NCBI GenBank assembly: GCA_030248215.1
Contig: JASANG010002092.1
Coordinates: 310,001 to 374,000, forward strand
From: Enoplolaimus lenunculus
Taxonomy: Eukaryota
Length of the DNA: 64,000 bases
Direction: 5' to 3'
Positions 61,701 through 64,000 of this stretch are shown piece after piece. The notes beneath the pieces were generated by a model. The model was given only the letters and a program-made list of their open reading frames with translations, did no database searches and was not told the DNA's origin. Both the position numbers and the translations under genes were made by a program. Numbering within the stretch: position 1 is the stretch's first letter; each line of letters begins with the position of its first letter.

Positions 61701-64000
61701 CGATGATAGTTCTGACGCACCAACCAGATAAGCAGCTTGTCCGGCTGATTCTGCTAAATGACACACCGCATCGGATACTACATGCACAGCGCTTGCAAAC
61801 GAATCAAGCTCGCCATTTTTGGCATGATGCGCAATTCCAGTAATGCCATCGCCAAGGTTCTAAAAAATAAAATAAATCAGCCAAAAATTAGAAATTTCAC
61901 TTTCGCAACCAAAAATAGATTTCGACTAGCCGCTGCGTAAAAAACAGCTTCCGTCTGTAAACATAAACTTATATTATTGCTGGGACCTCCATGTAATACA
62001 GATCGTGAGCAACCACACGCAAGTGTTATTCCTTTTACAGAAAAGCCTCAACAATTTATTTCAAAAGCGCCATTTTAATTTTGATCACTGCGTTATCCCA
62101 ATAGAAACCGAAATCCTAATAAATTAGCCATTTATTTTGTACTTTATTTACCTTTGAGCTTACGGTGACCACATCTAAACATTCGTAATAACTGTAGTCG
62201 TTGACTGGTTCAGTAGGATTATCAAGTAGTTGTCTCATTGCTTGAATGCTCCGAAGAGCATTATCGCACTCCTTTGTCCAAGGACCACTCGAAATGCAAA
62301 CGTCTAACAAACAACAAAATCAAGCTATATACGTACGCAGATCACAAAATGCAATGACTATATCGGAGTCAATTACAACAGCGCAACTACGTTTTGATAG
62401 TTGTACAAATAGCCTAGTGTTGGGACTTATATCCTCTAACGTAGTAAATGTGGTTCATTGCGAAAACACAAGGAACACTTCAAGTGGGTAGAAGAGAACT
62501 ATAGCTACCGTAATTATTCCTCATATGCTTCAACTGGAGGACCTTGGGGTTCGCTACGAGGGTGGGGGTCGTGGTGGGGCCCACCACTTACCAAAAGCCA
62601 TCCCCTTTAAGATTTTCCCGCGGCTCATCACCAGTATGAATTAAACATACCCTGTCCTCTTGATCATATGTTTTATATATTTGACCTGAGTTTATTATTT
62701 ATATGGTTGTTTTTGACTATTTGCTTGTAGGCGTAACTAAACACTGGCTAGTGCAACAAACTGACGCTTTATTGAAAATTCTGCAACCCCCACTCAGAAA
62801 GTTTTCCCCGGTTGCAAACCCGGGGTCCCCCGACTCAGTCAATGCCTAGAGGAAGTTCGGTCTATTGGAAGGCACCGTACTACGAGCACAAATAGTGATT
62901 TGATTGTATTTTCGTCGGCTTGGAAATATTTTGTAAAAGAGTCTTTACAGTTTCACTGAACCTTCGATGTTGCCTTACTATGAGTCGTTATAATGTAGTC
63001 GAGTCATAGACGTACGCAAGGAGGGGGTGGGGGCACGGCCGCTTCAGCCTTCGACGTCAAGCCATCAACATAAAAATTACCAGTGAAAAAATAACCAAAC
63101 AATTTTGTAGCCTTATAAAATTGTATAGAATCCGCCCCCCCTTTAACATTCCTGTGAATGCCTCACGTTATCTTTGTGTCATAAGTTCAGAACAATCTGT
63201 GGTTCCAAACTGGCTGTGTTTATTCCGGTACCATACACCTTAACAGTGTTAGACCTTTAAAATGCAAAACATGCGGCTGGCTTATAAATCACTTCACTAG
63301 AGATATGTCATTTACCGTATCAATTCTTTTTGTCAAGGTTTATGTGACCGCATTACAAGCTTCGTACTGACCGCGAGTAACCCAGCTCAAATTAGACATG
63401 TACGCATGGGCGTAGCTAAGACGTAAGAATAGGGTAAGGGGTATTACGTTCTATAAGAATTACGAACAAGGGGGAGGGTTATTGCGTCGCAAAAATCACT
63501 CGACTATGGGGATTTACTGTTACTGTGTTTATTTTTGTCTAGACTAGGTATAAACATACTTAGTCGAAACTGGTACGGAGTTGCTACAGGTATGCTTACT
63601 GCCGCATTTTATCATACGAAAAAAGTTACTACCACATACTCCTAGTTTTAATCCAAGAGTAACAAATTTACTACGCAATTAATCCAGTAGTAACTTAACT
63701 ACCGCTTTTGGTGTACGGCCTTGATAGTATTTTAGCATGCACAGACTCTATTTTCGAAATAATTTTCTATTTTAACCGAAAGTTTCAAAACCATTTGAAT
63801 TTTAGATTTTTTGGAGTTCGTTTATACAAATATAATATACAACCAAGACAGCCTCACCCAATAATTTGTTGACACAGTCTGTGACACTTCGCGTGTATGC
63901 TGAAAGATTCGCTTTAACGGAAGGAGCACTAGGATCAGCGGCAGATGATTTGAGTTGAACCAGAAATCTACCGGTTTGTTGCGCAAGAGACCGAAGACCT
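46738..64000 (-). CDS. TLN: talin, C-terminal rod, I/LWEQ actin-binding domain and dimerisation helix (5' part outside window). Approximate exons: 63858->64000, 62152-62303, 61593-61859, 61278-61439, 60873-61013, 60373-60554, 59888-60020, 59066-59338, 58088-58234, 56943-57164, 56294-56480, 55792-55937, 55221-55388, 53218-53343, 52232-52348, 51656-51847, 50913-51123, 50312-50439, 48941-49066, 48414-48659, 47936-48058, 46738-46890
   Basis: Talin peptides KECDNALRSI, GTQACINAASTVSGIIGDLDTTIMFATAGTL, MVTNVTSLLKTVKTVEDEHQRGTRALEA, WVDPSDPTVIAENELLGAA, FDEQILEAAKSI, EEKLISAAKQVAASTAQLLVAC and AQEEVLRKERELGEAR. GT-AG boundaries. Stop at 46738-46740. Confidence 0.97.
47165..47897 (+). mobile_element. 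DINE/HINE-like non-autonomous Helentron in the last talin intron
   Basis: Internal ~160-bp tandem units (AGTGAAATA at 47323, 47480, 47643), a CAGACGGACGGACAGACGGACA microsatellite, and a terminal inverted GAGCA...TGCTC followed by an A-run. Confidence 0.6.

Noticed and set aside
46731..62491. Numerous short plus-strand ORFs over talin (likewise antisense ORFs over the 1620-aa ORF and Bsx)
   Set aside because: They are antisense shadows of real exons or random intronic ORFs with no independent support.

Overview
This is AT-rich, intron-containing animal DNA, most likely from a nematode. The talin C-terminus 'RKERELGEAR', TTTCAG acceptors, short introns and degenerate TTAGGC/GCCTAA tracts point that way (inference). 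The right two-thirds carries two host genes on the minus strand: the 3' part of talin (46738->64000, at least 22 exons) and a 4-exon Bsx/bsh homeobox gene (28077-37256). MITEs, a mini-Helitron, a DINE/HINE-like element, a Penelope-like RT scrap and minisatellites are interspersed. The left third (1-21.8 kb) is a nest of mobile elements inserted into a 182-bp tandem repeat. (i) An intron-containing piggyBac ends at a TTAA at 2864. (ii) An 18,569-bp DNA transposon (2995-21563) has 44-bp TIRs and a TAA target duplication confirmed by an empty site in the next repeat unit. It encodes a Zator-like DDE transposase and a spliced SETD8/PR-Set7-like histone methyltransferase. (iii) Inside it lies the 3' half of a Ty3/gypsy-like LTR element whose integrase tail ends in a PHD finger. 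That is followed by an intact ~1570-1620 aa extra ORF with a complete DEDDy 3'-5' exonuclease motif set. These two cargo-carrying elements are the most interesting objects in the window. All family assignments come from motif recognition by eye; no database search was run.
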